A stretch of 64,000 nucleotides of DNA from an uncultured bacterium (GTDB lineage: Bacteria > Planctomycetota > UBA1135 > GCA-002686595), in contig CALSNU010000004.1 in the NCBI GenBank assembly GCA_943787795.1, positions 96,001 through 160,000 of the forward strand, given 5' to 3'. A program made the translations under genes and the position numbers. The notes beneath the pieces are model-generated. The model did not search any database and was not told the DNA's origin. It saw nothing but the letters and a program-made list of their open reading frames with translations. Below are positions 27,368 through 37,029 of the stretch, in pieces; positions within the stretch are counted from its first letter, which is position 1, and every line of letters starts with the position of its first letter.

Positions 27368-28813
27368 ATGGCTCAGCAGCACAAGAAGAAGCGCTCCTTC
27401 AAGCAGAAGAAGCAGTACTTCAAGCAGAAGCAGACCGTCCAGAAGGGCACCGGTATCTACGTCGACTTCGACGAGGTCCCCAGGGACCTCGGTGAAGAGC
27501 AGATCGACGAGCTCTACGCGGCGCTGCCGAAGACCCGGCGAAAGAAGCACCCCGAGCGCGACTTCGTCCCGGTCCAGGGGCTCAACCTCAACGAGCTGCA
27601 CGAGCTGGCCGAGGAAGAGGAGCTCGAGGGCTTCGTCGGGCGGAATCGCCGCGACGCGCTCTGGGAGCTCGCGCGCTTCTGGATCGACAAGCACGAGGTC
27701 CTCCACGCCGAGGGCATCCTCGACGTACAGGCTGGCGGACACCACTGGCTCCGCATCAGCTCAAACGACTACATCCCGGCGATGGAGGACGTCTACGTCC
27801 CCGCCTCACTGGTAGAGAAGCACCAGCTGGAGCGCGGCATGCTCGTGCGCGGCCGAATTCGTCCCGCCGCGGAGGGCGAGAAGTTCCTCGGCATCCACAC
27901 CGTGGAATCCGTGGACAACCACGACCCGGAGGAGGTCCTCGGCCGCGCCCCCTTCAAGGAGCTGGTCCCGATCTACCCCGACGAGCGCGTCATCCTGGAG
28001 GGCACCTCCGAGAACCCGCTCGAGATGCGGATCTGCGACCTGGTCACCCCCATCGGTCTGGGCCAGCGCGGCCTGATCGTGGCGCCGCCCCGGACCGGCA
28101 AGACGGTACTGCTCCACATGCTGGCCAAGTCGATGGTTCACTCCAACCCGCGGGCCAAGCTCATGATCCTCCTCGTGGATGAGCGGCCGGAGGAGGTCAC
28201 CGACTTCACGCGGTCCATCCACGGTGAGAACGTGGAGGTCATCAGCTCGACGTTCGATGAGCCCGCGGCGCGCCACCTTCAGGTGGCCGAGATGGTCATC
28301 GAGAAGGCCAAGTGCCTGGTGGAGGCCGGCGAGGACGTCGTCATCCTGCTCGACTCGATCACCCGCCTCGCGCGGGCCGCCAACGTCGAGGCCCCGAGCA
28401 ACGGAAAACTCCTCTCCGGCGGCCTCGAGGCCACCGCCCTGGCCTTCCCCAAGCGCTTCTTCGGCGCGGCGCGGAACATCGAGCACGGCGGCTCCCTGAC
28501 GATCCTCGGCACCGCGCTGATCGAGACCGGCAGCAAGATGGACGAGGTGATCTTCGAGGAGTTCAAGGGCACCGGCAACATGGAGATCGTCCTGGACCGG
28601 CGCCTCTCCGACCGGCGCATCTTCCCCGCCATCGACATCAACCGCTCGGGTACACGGAAGGAGGAGCTCCTCTTCACCCCCGAGGAGATCGAGCGCGTGT
28701 GGATGCTCCGCAAGGTGCTCAACGAGCTCGACCCGGTGGAGGCCATGGAGATGCTCATCGCGAAGATGAGCAAGACCTCGGTCAACGCCGAGTTCTTGAT
28801 GACGGTGGGCTGA
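27368..28813 (+). CDS. rho: Transcription termination factor Rho
   Basis: PIGLGQRGLIVAPPRTGKT, DERPEEVTD, LLDSITRLARA and FEEFKGTGNME motifs. Confidence 0.98.
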   Translation: MAQQHKKKRSFKQKKQYFKQKQTVQKGTGIYVDFDEVPRDLGEEQIDELYAALPKTRRKKHPERDFVPVQGLNLNELHELAEEEELEGFVGRNRRDALWELARFWIDKHEVLHAEGILDVQAGGHHWLRISSNDYIPAMEDVYVPASLVEKHQLERGMLVRGRIRPAAEGEKFLGIHTVESVDNHDPEEVLGRAPFKELVPIYPDERVILEGTSENPLEMRICDLVTPIGLGQRGLIVAPPRTGKTVLLHMLAKSMVHSNPRAKLMILLVDERPEEVTDFTRSIHGENVEVISSTFDEPAARHLQVAEMVIEKAKCLVEAGEDVVILLDSITRLARAANVEAPSNGKLLSGGLEATALAFPKRFFGAARNIEHGGSLTILGTALIETGSKMDEVIFEEFKGTGNMEIVLDRRLSDRRIFPAIDINRSGTRKEELLFTPEEIERVWMLRKVLNELDPVEAMEMLIAKMSKTSVNAEFLMTVG

Positions 28814-28840
28814 CTCCTGGTGACGGCGGGCTGAGCCGCG

Positions 28841-29872
28841 TCACAGGTCCATGGGCGCGGCCCCGCTGAGGGTCGCGCGCGACTCGGCCATCTCGCCGAG
28901 TCGATCCATGGCGAGGGCCATGCCCTCCAGGGTCTCTCGATCGCCGGTCAGCCCCGCCTCGAGGGCGGTGCGCCAGAGGCTGACGAGGTGCTCCGCGGCG
29001 TCGGTGCGCGTGGAGAGGTGCTTCCAGCGCAGCAGCAAGCGATTGCGGGCCCTGAGGGCCCGGGCGGCTGGTGCCTCGAGAACGTCCGGCACGCCGTCTC
29101 CAAGATCGAGGTGGAGCGCCTCGGCGCCGAGCACCTCCACCAGGCTCCGGCCTCGGCGGCGGGCGCACAGCGAGAGGTCCACATCCTCGAGGGTTGCCGG
29201 GCCGAAGAGCCGATCGAACCCGCCGAGATCGAGGAACTCTCCGCGGCGCACGAGCACAGCGGCAGAGGGGAGCACCTCGAGGTCGATCACCCGCTGGCCC
29301 CCCACGGCCCTCGCAGGCCGAGCATCCTCGGCGGGATCGCCGACCTCACGGACCCGGAGCCAGTCGTCCTCGAGGTGAACGATGCGAGCAGGGACGCGAA
29401 CCGGCGCCGTGTCGGAGGCTGTGTCGGAGGCGGTGTCGGGGCCCGTGGGCCTCAGGAGCCTTGGCGAAGCAGCGAAGATCGTGGGTTCGGCGTGGAGCAC
29501 CTCGAGCAAGGCCGCGACCCCGTCGGCGTCGATGAGCACGTCGTCATGCAGCGCGAGCAGGAGCGCCCCCCGGGCATCCCGCGCGCCACGCATCACCGCC
29601 GGGGCGAAGCCAAGGTTGCGTTCGGTGCGCACGATCCGGATCGAGACCTCGCGGGACGCCGGGTCGAGGGTCGAGAGGATCTCCGGGAGCGAAGCTTCGG
29701 CCGCCCCGACCCCGGAGTCATCCACCACCACGATCTCCGCCTCGCCACCGGAAGGAGTCCGGGCGCCAAGCTCTACGAGCGCCTCACAGAGCGCGGGAAG
29801 CGAGCGTGGGAGCCGCTCCTGACTCCCCAGCGTGGGGAGCACGAGGGAGAGGTTCAGCTTCGATTTCCTCAT
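28841..29872 (-). CDS. Glycosyltransferase family 2 (divergent)
   Basis: LSLVLPT, IVVVDDSG, NLGFAPAV..G, GGFD..F..EDVDLS motifs. Confidence 0.8.
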   Translation of the reverse strand: MRKSKLNLSLVLPTLGSQERLPRSLPALCEALVELGARTPSGGEAEIVVVDDSGVGAAEASLPEILSTLDPASREVSIRIVRTERNLGFAPAVMRGARDARGALLLALHDDVLIDADGVAALLEVLHAEPTIFAASPRLLRPTGPDTASDTASDTAPVRVPARIVHLEDDWLRVREVGDPAEDARPARAVGGQRVIDLEVLPSAAVLVRRGEFLDLGGFDRLFGPATLEDVDLSLCARRRGRSLVEVLGAEALHLDLGDGVPDVLEAPAARALRARNRLLLRWKHLSTRTDAAEHLVSLWRTALEAGLTGDRETLEGMALAMDRLGEMAESRATLSGAAPMDL

Positions 29873-31782
29873 GCCCGGACCTCCCCGCCTTCGGCGTGAT
29901 CGGCGTGATCGGTGCGCCCGGCGGAGTCGTCGGTGACGGACCCCAGGCCCACGGCCCGCTGCTCATCACCCGCCGGGTCCGCCTCCGTGGCGACGGCCTC
30001 CGTGGCGACGGGCTCCGTGGCGACGGGCTCCGTGGCGACGGGCTCCGTGGCGACGGGCTCCATGGCGAGGGGCTCCGGCGGCGCCGCGACTCCGGTTCCG
30101 CTGGGCCCGCCGGGCCGCGGACGCGGCAGCAGGTCCGGATCTTCGTCCAGCACCTCGCCGACCCGAGGTAGGCGCGCGCCGGGCCCCGCGTCCGCTGCAC
30201 GGTCCCCAAGCGGACCGCCGCGGGCGACCGCTCGAGCCATGAGAGTCGCGGTGTCCTCGGAGAGTCCAAAGGCTCCGCGGAGCTGCTCGAGGCCCGCCTC
30301 GACCCGGCCGAACAGATCCCCGAGGGAGGCTCGACCCAACTCCGCCAGCTCGGCGCGGAACTCCTGAACGTGACGCGGGCCCTCCTCCGCGCCAGCGGGC
30401 GGGATCGCTCCAGCCAACTCCGCGTACGACTGCCGCCACTCGCGCGCCTCGGCGTCGAGCCCCTTGAGGGCGCCCCCGCCGGCCTGGGCCACGGAGCGGT
30501 GCAAGGCGGCCTCGCGCAGCTCACCCAGGTGCCCGGCGCGGTGGACGACCGAGGCCAGGGCTCCGGCCAGCTGCCCCACGTCACCAGGATCCACCAGGAT
30601 CGACGAGGCCGAGGAGAGGAACTCCTCGAGGCCTGGAATCGAGGAGGCGATCACGGGCAGCCCGCTGGCCTGGGCCAGGCGCACAGGCGTCGGGGCAAAT
30701 TGCCCCCAGCGAGCTGGAAACACGAGCCCATCGACACCCACCAGCGCGCCGGCCACGTCCAGCGCGCCCCGCCGGCATTCGAATTCAACGCCCAGGGCCT
30801 CGGCCCGCAGGGCCAGCGCGGAGTCTCGGAGGGGGTCCGTCGCCTCGAGGACGACACGCAGGGAGGGCGCCTCTCGATCCGGCGCGGCCAACAGCTCCCG
30901 CAGCGCGTCCAGCAGGACATCCAGCCCCTCCACGGGGTGGCTGCTGCCCATGAACAAGAGCCTCGACCTGACCACGTCGGCCCCGCGATCCTCCGACCGC
31001 ACGGCCACCGGCTCCGTCCCCGGGAGCCTCGGCGTGAACGCGCGTCCGACGGTCGCCGAGAGCTGGCGGGCCAGCATGCGCGACGCGGCGAAGCGGCGGT
31101 CGACCGTGGAGAGCACGGCCCGCTTGTGGGCACGATCGGCCTGGATCCGCTCCCGTGCGGCGCTGATCTGCGCCTCGAGCTCTGGCCGTGCGGCGAGGGC
31201 GGACTCGTCTCCCTCGAGCAGCAACCTGAGCAGGACCCTCTCGCCGGGGTCCGAGGGCACGCCCCCCCCATCAGGGATCGACGGGCAAAGTTCCCTCGCC
31301 ACGTCTCCGCGGGCCTCCGCCTCACAGTCCCCCAGTTCAAAGGGCGCCAGGTTGGGCAGCGTCAGGCTCAGCTGATCGTGAGCGGGCCATGGGTCGCGCG
31401 CGCAGAAGACCGTGGGCAGCCCGCGCTCTCGAGCCTCCCCGAGGAGCGCCGGACCGAAGGCCGCGATCGACTCGAAGTGACAGACCGCGGGATGCTCCCG
31501 GTCGAGGAAGTCGCCGAACGCCGCGGCCAGCTCCGACGCCGTCTCGCTTCCGTCCACGGCGACCGCCGTGAGGGCGAGCGCCCCCTCCGTCCCCTTGACC
31601 ATCCCCTTGACCGGGACCTGCCGGCGCCGCTGGGTCAGCCGCCGTCGGGTGCACGCTTCGATCGTGAAGACCTCGACCTCGAGCCCCGCCCGGGCGAGCG
31701 CCGAGGCGAGGCCCCTGGCGTGGGATCGGAGCCGCAACGCCGCATCGGGCCGGAACTCACTGCAGACGAGGGCGACGCGCAT
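29869..31782 (-). CDS. Glycosyltransferase family 4-like (GT-B) protein, divergent
   Basis: MRVALV start, LARAGLEVEVFT, LFMGS..EGLDVLLDA, GLPVIAS.IPGLEE and LVDPGDVGQLA motifs. ATGA overlap with the GT2 gene. Confidence 0.75.
   Translation of the reverse strand: MRVALVCSEFRPDAALRLRSHARGLASALARAGLEVEVFTIEACTRRRLTQRRRQVPVKGMVKGTEGALALTAVAVDGSETASELAAAFGDFLDREHPAVCHFESIAAFGPALLGEARERGLPTVFCARDPWPAHDQLSLTLPNLAPFELGDCEAEARGDVARELCPSIPDGGGVPSDPGERVLLRLLLEGDESALAARPELEAQISAARERIQADRAHKRAVLSTVDRRFAASRMLARQLSATVGRAFTPRLPGTEPVAVRSEDRGADVVRSRLLFMGSSHPVEGLDVLLDALRELLAAPDREAPSLRVVLEATDPLRDSALALRAEALGVEFECRRGALDVAGALVGVDGLVFPARWGQFAPTPVRLAQASGLPVIASSIPGLEEFLSSASSILVDPGDVGQLAGALASVVHRAGHLGELREAALHRSVAQAGGGALKGLDAEAREWRQSYAELAGAIPPAGAEEGPRHVQEFRAELAELGRASLGDLFGRVEAGLEQLRGAFGLSEDTATLMARAVARGGPLGDRAADAGPGARLPRVGEVLDEDPDLLPRPRPGGPSGTGVAAPPEPLAMEPVATEPVATEPVATEPVATEAVATEADPAGDEQRAVGLGSVTDDSAGRTDHADHAEGGEVRA
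29983..30075. repeat. In-frame 15-bp tandem repeat (EPVAT)x6
   Basis: CTCCGTGGCGACGGG unit repeated about six times. Confidence 0.9.
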
Positions 31783-31898
31783 GCCCTGACTATAGACAGA
31801 ACTCCGCAGCCCGACACCGCGCCTCTGCCCCGTCGCGACCGGGGCCTGCACCGGGACCTCGACGCCCTGGGGGCGCGAAGAACCCGGAGCCGAGGCCC

Positions 31899-32723
31899 TC
31901 AGGACATGAACGCGCCGCCGTTCATGTCCAGGGTCTGCCCGGTCACGCCGTGCGCATCGGGGGAGGTGAGCCAGGTGACGAGCCCTGCGATTTCCTCCGG
32001 CCGCCCCATGCGCCCCAGGGGCACGTCCTTCATGGCCAAGGCCAAGGCCTCCTCCTGACTGATCCCCATGGCGTTCGCCATGCCATCGATTCCCTCCCTG
32101 GCCATGTCCGTGTCGACCCACCCCGGAGCCACAGCGTTGACCTGCACATGCAGCGGTGCGAGCTCGGCGGCCATGGCGCGCACGAGGCCGCTCACGCCCG
32201 CCTTGGAGGCGCAATACCCGGAGTAGCCCGCGACGCCAATGCGCGCGAGAATCGACGACACGGCCAGCAGGTGCCGCCGTGGCCCCGCCCCGTGGGCGTC
32301 GGGGGCCTCTGGCGACAGGTGCTCCAACGCGGCTCGAAAGAACCGGTAGGTCCCGCCGAGGTTGGTGCTCACGAGGTCGTCGAAGCGGTCTTCTGCGCCC
32401 TCTTCCTGGAAGCACGGGCCGTTCGGCCCGCCGATTCCAGCGTTCGAGATCGCCACGTCCACGGGCCCGAACGCCTCGACGGCGCTGGCCATGGCGGACC
32501 GCACGGACTCGCCGTCGCGAACATCACAGGCGTGGGACGCCAGGGCTCCAGGCCCATCGCCCAGGGCCATGGTCGCATCGAGCGCGCTGACCCTGCGGCC
32601 GAGCAGTGACACCCGGGCCCCGTCCGCGGCGAAGCGGAGCGCGATGGCCCGCCCGATCCCCGAGCCGGCGCCGGTCAGGACCACGTGCCGACCGGGGCCG
32701 GGCGCTGCTCCAGGTCCGCTCAA
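31899..32723 (-). CDS. Short-chain dehydrogenase/reductase (SDR)
   Basis: TGAGSGIG, NAGI, YCASK and VNAVAPGWVDTDM motifs. Start approximate. Confidence 0.93.
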   Translation of the reverse strand: MSGPGAAPGPGRHVVLTGAGSGIGRAIALRFAADGARVSLLGRRVSALDATMALGDGPGALASHACDVRDGESVRSAMASAVEAFGPVDVAISNAGIGGPNGPCFQEEGAEDRFDDLVSTNLGGTYRFFRAALEHLSPEAPDAHGAGPRRHLLAVSSILARIGVAGYSGYCASKAGVSGLVRAMAAELAPLHVQVNAVAPGWVDTDMAREGIDGMANAMGISQEEALALAMKDVPLGRMGRPEEIAGLVTWLTSPDAHGVTGQTLDMNGGAFMS

Positions 32724-32727
32724 CGGA

Positions 32728-33684
32728 TCAGGAGGCCGCGGCCTCGGCGGGCGCGTGCGACTGGTTCTCGAGCCAGCGCTCCGCGTCAATGGCGGCCATG
32801 CACCCCGAGCCAGCGGCGGTGATCGCCTGTCGATAGGTGTGGTCCATCAGGTCCCCGCAGGCGAAGATGCCCTCGACCGAGGTGTGCGTTCCGTCGTGCA
32901 CGAGGACGTAGCCGTTCTCGTCCGTGTCGAGCTGATCCTTGAAGTACTGGGAGTTCGGCACGTGGCCGATCGCGACGAAGACCCCGTCCGTGGCGAACTC
33001 CTTCTTCTCACCGGTGCGGGTGTCCTCGAGGATGACCGCGCGGACCTTGCCGTCGTCACCCGCGATGATGTCGTTCACCGCCTGGTGGAGCTCCCACTCG
33101 ATCTTCGGGTTGGCTCGGGCCCGGTCGAGCATGATCTGCGACGACCGGAACTCCTCCCGCCGGTGGACCACGGTGACCTTGGAGGCGAAGCGGGTGAGGT
33201 AGTTGGCCTCCTCCATGGCGGAGTCCCCTCCCCCGACCACGATGATCTCCTTGTCGGGGAAGAAGGCGCCGTCACAGGTCGCGCACGCCGAGACGCCCAT
33301 GCCCATCAGCTTGGACTCGTTCTCCAGCCCGAGCAGGCGAGCCGAGGCGCCGGTCGAGAGGATGATGGAGTTGGCCTTGAACTCGCCGAAGTCGCTCTTG
33401 ATCGTGAACGGCCGCTGAGAAAAGTCGAACTCGACGATCTCCTCGAACTTGATCTCGGTCCCGAAGCGCTCGGCCTGGGCCTTGAACTGCTCCATCATCT
33501 CAGGCCCCATGACACCGTCGGGGTAGCCCGGGAAGTTCTCGACGTCGGTGGTGATGGTCAGCTGGCCCCCAGGCTGCATGCCCTGGAAGAGCACGGGCTT
33601 GAGGTTGGCGCGCGCGGCGTAGATGGCGGCGGTGTATCCGGCAGGGCCGGACCCGATGATGATGACGTCGTGGACTTCGCTCAT
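32728..33684 (-). CDS. trxB: Thioredoxin-disulfide reductase
   Basis: [34 protein letters not shown] and YRQAITAAG motifs. Confidence 0.98.
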   Translation of the reverse strand: MSEVHDVIIIGSGPAGYTAAIYAARANLKPVLFQGMQPGGQLTITTDVENFPGYPDGVMGPEMMEQFKAQAERFGTEIKFEEIVEFDFSQRPFTIKSDFGEFKANSIILSTGASARLLGLENESKLMGMGVSACATCDGAFFPDKEIIVVGGGDSAMEEANYLTRFASKVTVVHRREEFRSSQIMLDRARANPKIEWELHQAVNDIIAGDDGKVRAVILEDTRTGEKKEFATDGVFVAIGHVPNSQYFKDQLDTDENGYVLVHDGTHTSVEGIFACGDLMDHTYRQAITAAGSGCMAAIDAERWLENQSHAPAEAAAS

Positions 33685-33862
33685 GGTTTGCAGCCGAACG
33701 GATTGCCGGCGGAGGGTGAGGTGCGGGCGGGGCCGCGGGGGACGGTCGCGCGGGCACTTCGGTTCGGTCGGAGTGTAGGACCGCCAGCCCGGGGCACAAG
33801 GACCGCCTCGGTCCCACCGCTCCAGGCTGGGAGTTCCATGATGGCCGTCATAGGCTCGGGGA

Positions 33863-34903
33863 ATGACGGGAAGCCTCCAATCGACCGGCGACGACTGGTC
33901 AGCCGCCATCTCCGAGCTGTGTCGGGACATTCGTCGACCCGTTCGTGCCGGGCTCGCCGAGGTCGCGGCGGGGCGCGCCTCCCTGGACTCGGTCGCCGAG
34001 GCGGTCAGCGTCGGCGCCGGGGACGTGACCTTCGCCATCGACGTGGTGGCAGAGGACGAGGTCACCCGGTGGCTCCACGAGGAAGGCTCGAAGCGGCCGG
34101 TCTCCCTCTTGACCGAGGACGCCGGATGGCGGCACATGGGGCCCGGTCCCGACGGGGCGGCGGTCGCGCTGCCGGGATTTGATCACGGGGGACCGCGGAT
34201 CGCCCTCGACCCGATCGACGGGACCCGCAACATCATGCACGACCTCCGGTCCGCCTGGATCGTGGTCTCCATGGCCGGGCCAGGCACAGGGGCGCCACGC
34301 TTCGCCGATCTCGAGCTCGGCGTGCTATCAGAGATCCCCGACACTCGCGCCAAAGTGGCGCGTGAACTCACGGCACGCCCCGGCGGCGGCGCGTCGGTCG
34401 TGGACCTCGACCTCCAGAGCGGCGACGCGTCGGGGCAGCGCGCAGTGGTGGCGGACGAGTCTCGACGTCTCGACGGTGGCTACTTCCCGTTCTTTGGGTT
34501 CCACCCGGCGCTCCGCCCCCACGCTCAGCGGCTCGCCGCTGACGTGTCCCGTCGGGTCGCCGAGGCGCACGGCGCGGACCCGTCCACGATGTTCGACGAC
34601 CAGTACATCTCGAGTGGTGGGCAGCTCGCGCTGCTCGCGCTGGGCCGCTATCGATCCATCGTCGATGCCCGCGGCGCGATCGGAGATCGGGTGGGTGATC
34701 CGAGGCAGACCTGCAAGCCGTACGACATGGCGGGCGCTGCGCTCATCGCCCAGGAGGCGGGCTGCGTGGTGGTGCGCCTCGACGGAGCCCCCCTCGACTT
34801 CGAGCTGGATACAAAGACGACCGTCGACTTCGCGGGCTTCCATAACCCAGGGACCGCCGGCGCGATCCTCCCGGTTCTCGGAAGCGCCCTCGAGGCGCTC
34901 TAG
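33863..34903 (+). CDS. Inositol monophosphatase family protein
   Basis: [20 protein letters not shown] and PYDMAG motifs. Confidence 0.85.
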   Translation: MTGSLQSTGDDWSAAISELCRDIRRPVRAGLAEVAAGRASLDSVAEAVSVGAGDVTFAIDVVAEDEVTRWLHEEGSKRPVSLLTEDAGWRHMGPGPDGAAVALPGFDHGGPRIALDPIDGTRNIMHDLRSAWIVVSMAGPGTGAPRFADLELGVLSEIPDTRAKVARELTARPGGGASVVDLDLQSGDASGQRAVVADESRRLDGGYFPFFGFHPALRPHAQRLAADVSRRVAEAHGADPSTMFDDQYISSGGQLALLALGRYRSIVDARGAIGDRVGDPRQTCKPYDMAGAALIAQEAGCVVVRLDGAPLDFELDTKTTVDFAGFHNPGTAGAILPVLGSALEAL

Positions 34904-34907
34904 CCCG

Positions 34908-36029
34908 TCAGAGGTTCGCCTGCTCGGCGACGACGGAGGCCAGTACCCGCACCCGCTGGGCCATGGCTCCGAAGTTGAGGACCTGTGGGATATCTGCCCC
35001 CGTGCGGATCTCCGGCATTCGCTGCGCGCCGGTGTCCGAGATCACCAGGGCGGTGATGGACGCGTCGCGGAACGGAGCCTCATCGGCGAGGGGTACACCA
35101 GGAGCCCAGGAGGGCAGCGCGAATCCTCGGGCCGGGAGGTCGGAATGGCGGCTCCAGCTCGCAAGCAGATCCTCGGTGGCCCCACGCTCCCCGAGACCAC
35201 CGTGCACAGCGACCCAATCGCCCACATCGGGGACCGCCAGGTTCCAGGGGAAGTTCACCTGGTGGGAGCCCTCGACGTCGGACCAGCTCCCGAAGCTCGA
35301 GAGGAGCAGGGCCAGCTCGATCTCCCCCCCGTCAGGCAGGTACTCGGTGCGGCCCTCCTCGCTGGCAAATTGCTCCAGCCACGCTGCTGCCCCGGCCTTC
35401 GGCTTCCCGTGGTTGGGCCGCTCCCCGTTGTCGAAGAAGCAGAACAGCACGGTGCGCTGCAGAGCCTTCCCGCGGAGCTCCCCGGCGATGCCCTCGAGGG
35501 CTGCCACGGCGCTGGCCGAGGCGTTGGCACACGGGCTCCGCCCGAGCGAGTCAAAGTGGGCCCCCACGAGAACGGCGCCCGGTGCTGGACCGGGTAGCAC
35601 CCCGATGAAGTTGCGACCCGAGACCGACTCGACGGTGTAGTCCTGCTCGACCAGGCGGAGCCCCGCCCCGAGGATCGCTCCCCGGATGAAGTCCTCGAGC
35701 ACATCCTGACGCGGCGAATAGCGCGAGGTGCGGCGCCCGACATCGGCGCACTGGAACATCACGCTGCGTCGCAGGGACTCGGCGAGTGCGCCTCCCGCCG
35801 CGGCGTCGTCCGATCCCATGGCCCCCCCGACAGATCCCCCGGCCTGCCCGACCGGCTCGAGCCCAACCGTGTGAACCACCCCGCCCACGGTCAACGCCAC
35901 CAGAGACGCGGCTGTGATCAAGGGGCCGAACCGCCGACGTACCGGGCCGCGCAGGGAACCATGCGCGCTCGCCTTCCGGGCCTTCGACCCATGGGGCTCC
36001 GCCGACCGGCCGGAGGCGGTCTGCTGCAT
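34908..36029 (-). CDS. M28 peptidase-like membrane-anchored protein, degenerate active site
   Basis: RNFIGVLPG, VLVGAHFDS and RTVLFCFF fold motifs. ANASAS replaces ADDNAS. Start uncertain (36029 or 36059). Confidence 0.7.
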   Translation of the reverse strand: MQQTASGRSAEPHGSKARKASAHGSLRGPVRRRFGPLITAASLVALTVGGVVHTVGLEPVGQAGGSVGGAMGSDDAAAGGALAESLRRSVMFQCADVGRRTSRYSPRQDVLEDFIRGAILGAGLRLVEQDYTVESVSGRNFIGVLPGPAPGAVLVGAHFDSLGRSPCANASASAVAALEGIAGELRGKALQRTVLFCFFDNGERPNHGKPKAGAAAWLEQFASEEGRTEYLPDGGEIELALLLSSFGSWSDVEGSHQVNFPWNLAVPDVGDWVAVHGGLGERGATEDLLASWSRHSDLPARGFALPSWAPGVPLADEAPFRDASITALVISDTGAQRMPEIRTGADIPQVLNFGAMAQRVRVLASVVAEQANL

Positions 36030-36323
36030 GGCGCGCTGGCGAGCGCTCGAGTACGGCATCCGCTCTCCCGCCTCGCCATGAGGCGGCCTGTCTTGCTGGG
36101 ATCCCCACATGGCTGGCGCCCGCGCGACGACCTGGCCAACGAGAGGCTGGCAGGGAATCGGTTGGCAGGGAGGTCCTCGACCGTTGCCCACCGATCGTGG
36201 AGACGTATCACGCGAACATCCTCGCCTGTCTCCTCTTGGGCCCCCAGGCGGGAGTGGCGGCGGCACACGCAGCCCCAGCCCGCAGCCCGCGAGGCGTCGC
36301 GGGTCGTCAGGGACAAGGGTCGT

Positions 36324-36378
36324 ACCCCGCGGTCTTGATTCCGCGGGGTCTACTACGCGGGGTCAATCCCGCGGGGTC
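36324..36378. repeat. Intergenic hairpin plus 14-bp-period repeat x3 (CGCGGGGTC)
   Basis: ACCCCGCGG..CCGCGGGGT inverted repeat at 36324-36349. CGCGGGGTC at 36342, 36356 and 36370. Confidence 0.7.
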
Positions 36379-36420
36379 TCCCCCGCTGCGCACTCCCAGC
36401 CGCGGCTCACCCGGAGCCCT

Positions 36421-36468
36421 GGAGGCTCAGAACAAGAGAGGCTCAGAACAAGGGAGGCTCAGAACGAG
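36421..36468. repeat. 16-bp tandem repeat x3 spanning a stop codon
   Basis: GAGGCTCAGAAC at 36422, 36438 and 36454. Confidence 0.85.
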
Positions 36469-36968
36469 AAGGTCGACGGGGGCGGCGCCGCAGGCACGTA
36501 AGTGCTCAGCTGCTGAAAGAACTCCTCGTAGAACGCCGAGGGCACCGTGTCGAAGCTGGCTTCGATCGGTCCCACAGAATTCCCTTGGATGTTCTCCGCC
36601 TCAAGCTCCACGAGCGTGCGCGGGGCACGCTTGTGCATGTCCACTTGACGGACCTGGACCCCGACACGGAGCCAGGTGCGCCGAAGGAGCTCCCCCTCGG
36701 ATGCCCCCCCCGGTGCGCCAGCAGCCATGCCGCGATGGGCGATGATGTACGTTCGATCCTCGGCGTCTGGATAGACCTCGAAGCCCTGGTCTCGGAGAGA
36801 GGCGATCACGGCCGGCCGGACATCTTCTGAGGTCCCGACAAAGGTGCGCGCCTTGAAGCCCCGATAGGCCTCGTAGGACGTCCCGAACGGCGGCGGCGCG
36901 GTGGCGCACGACGCGAAGAACGGGAGGCCGAGGACCGCCAATGAGAAGAGTGTCAGGTTGCGATTCAT
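36459..36968 (-). CDS. Hypothetical lipoprotein
   Basis: MNRNLTLFSLAVLGLPFFASC lipoprotein-type signal. GGAGGAA Shine-Dalgarno-like sequence upstream. Confidence 0.75.
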   Translation of the reverse strand: MNRNLTLFSLAVLGLPFFASCATAPPPFGTSYEAYRGFKARTFVGTSEDVRPAVIASLRDQGFEVYPDAEDRTYIIAHRGMAAGAPGGASEGELLRRTWLRVGVQVRQVDMHKRAPRTLVELEAENIQGNSVGPIEASFDTVPSAFYEEFFQQLSTYVPAAPPPSTFSF

Positions 36969-37029
36969 GTGCGGTTCCTCCGCAGAGCATCCTTGCGATC
37001 GCAGAGCCCGAATGGAAGTGTCGGATCGA

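Noticed and set aside
29869..32415. 848-aa version of the GT4-like ORF and other over-extended starts in the ORF track (753-2357, 32728-34137, 44447-45916, 36459-37262)
   Set aside because: The extensions overlap neighbouring real genes and are low-complexity. Downstream starts match family N-termini.
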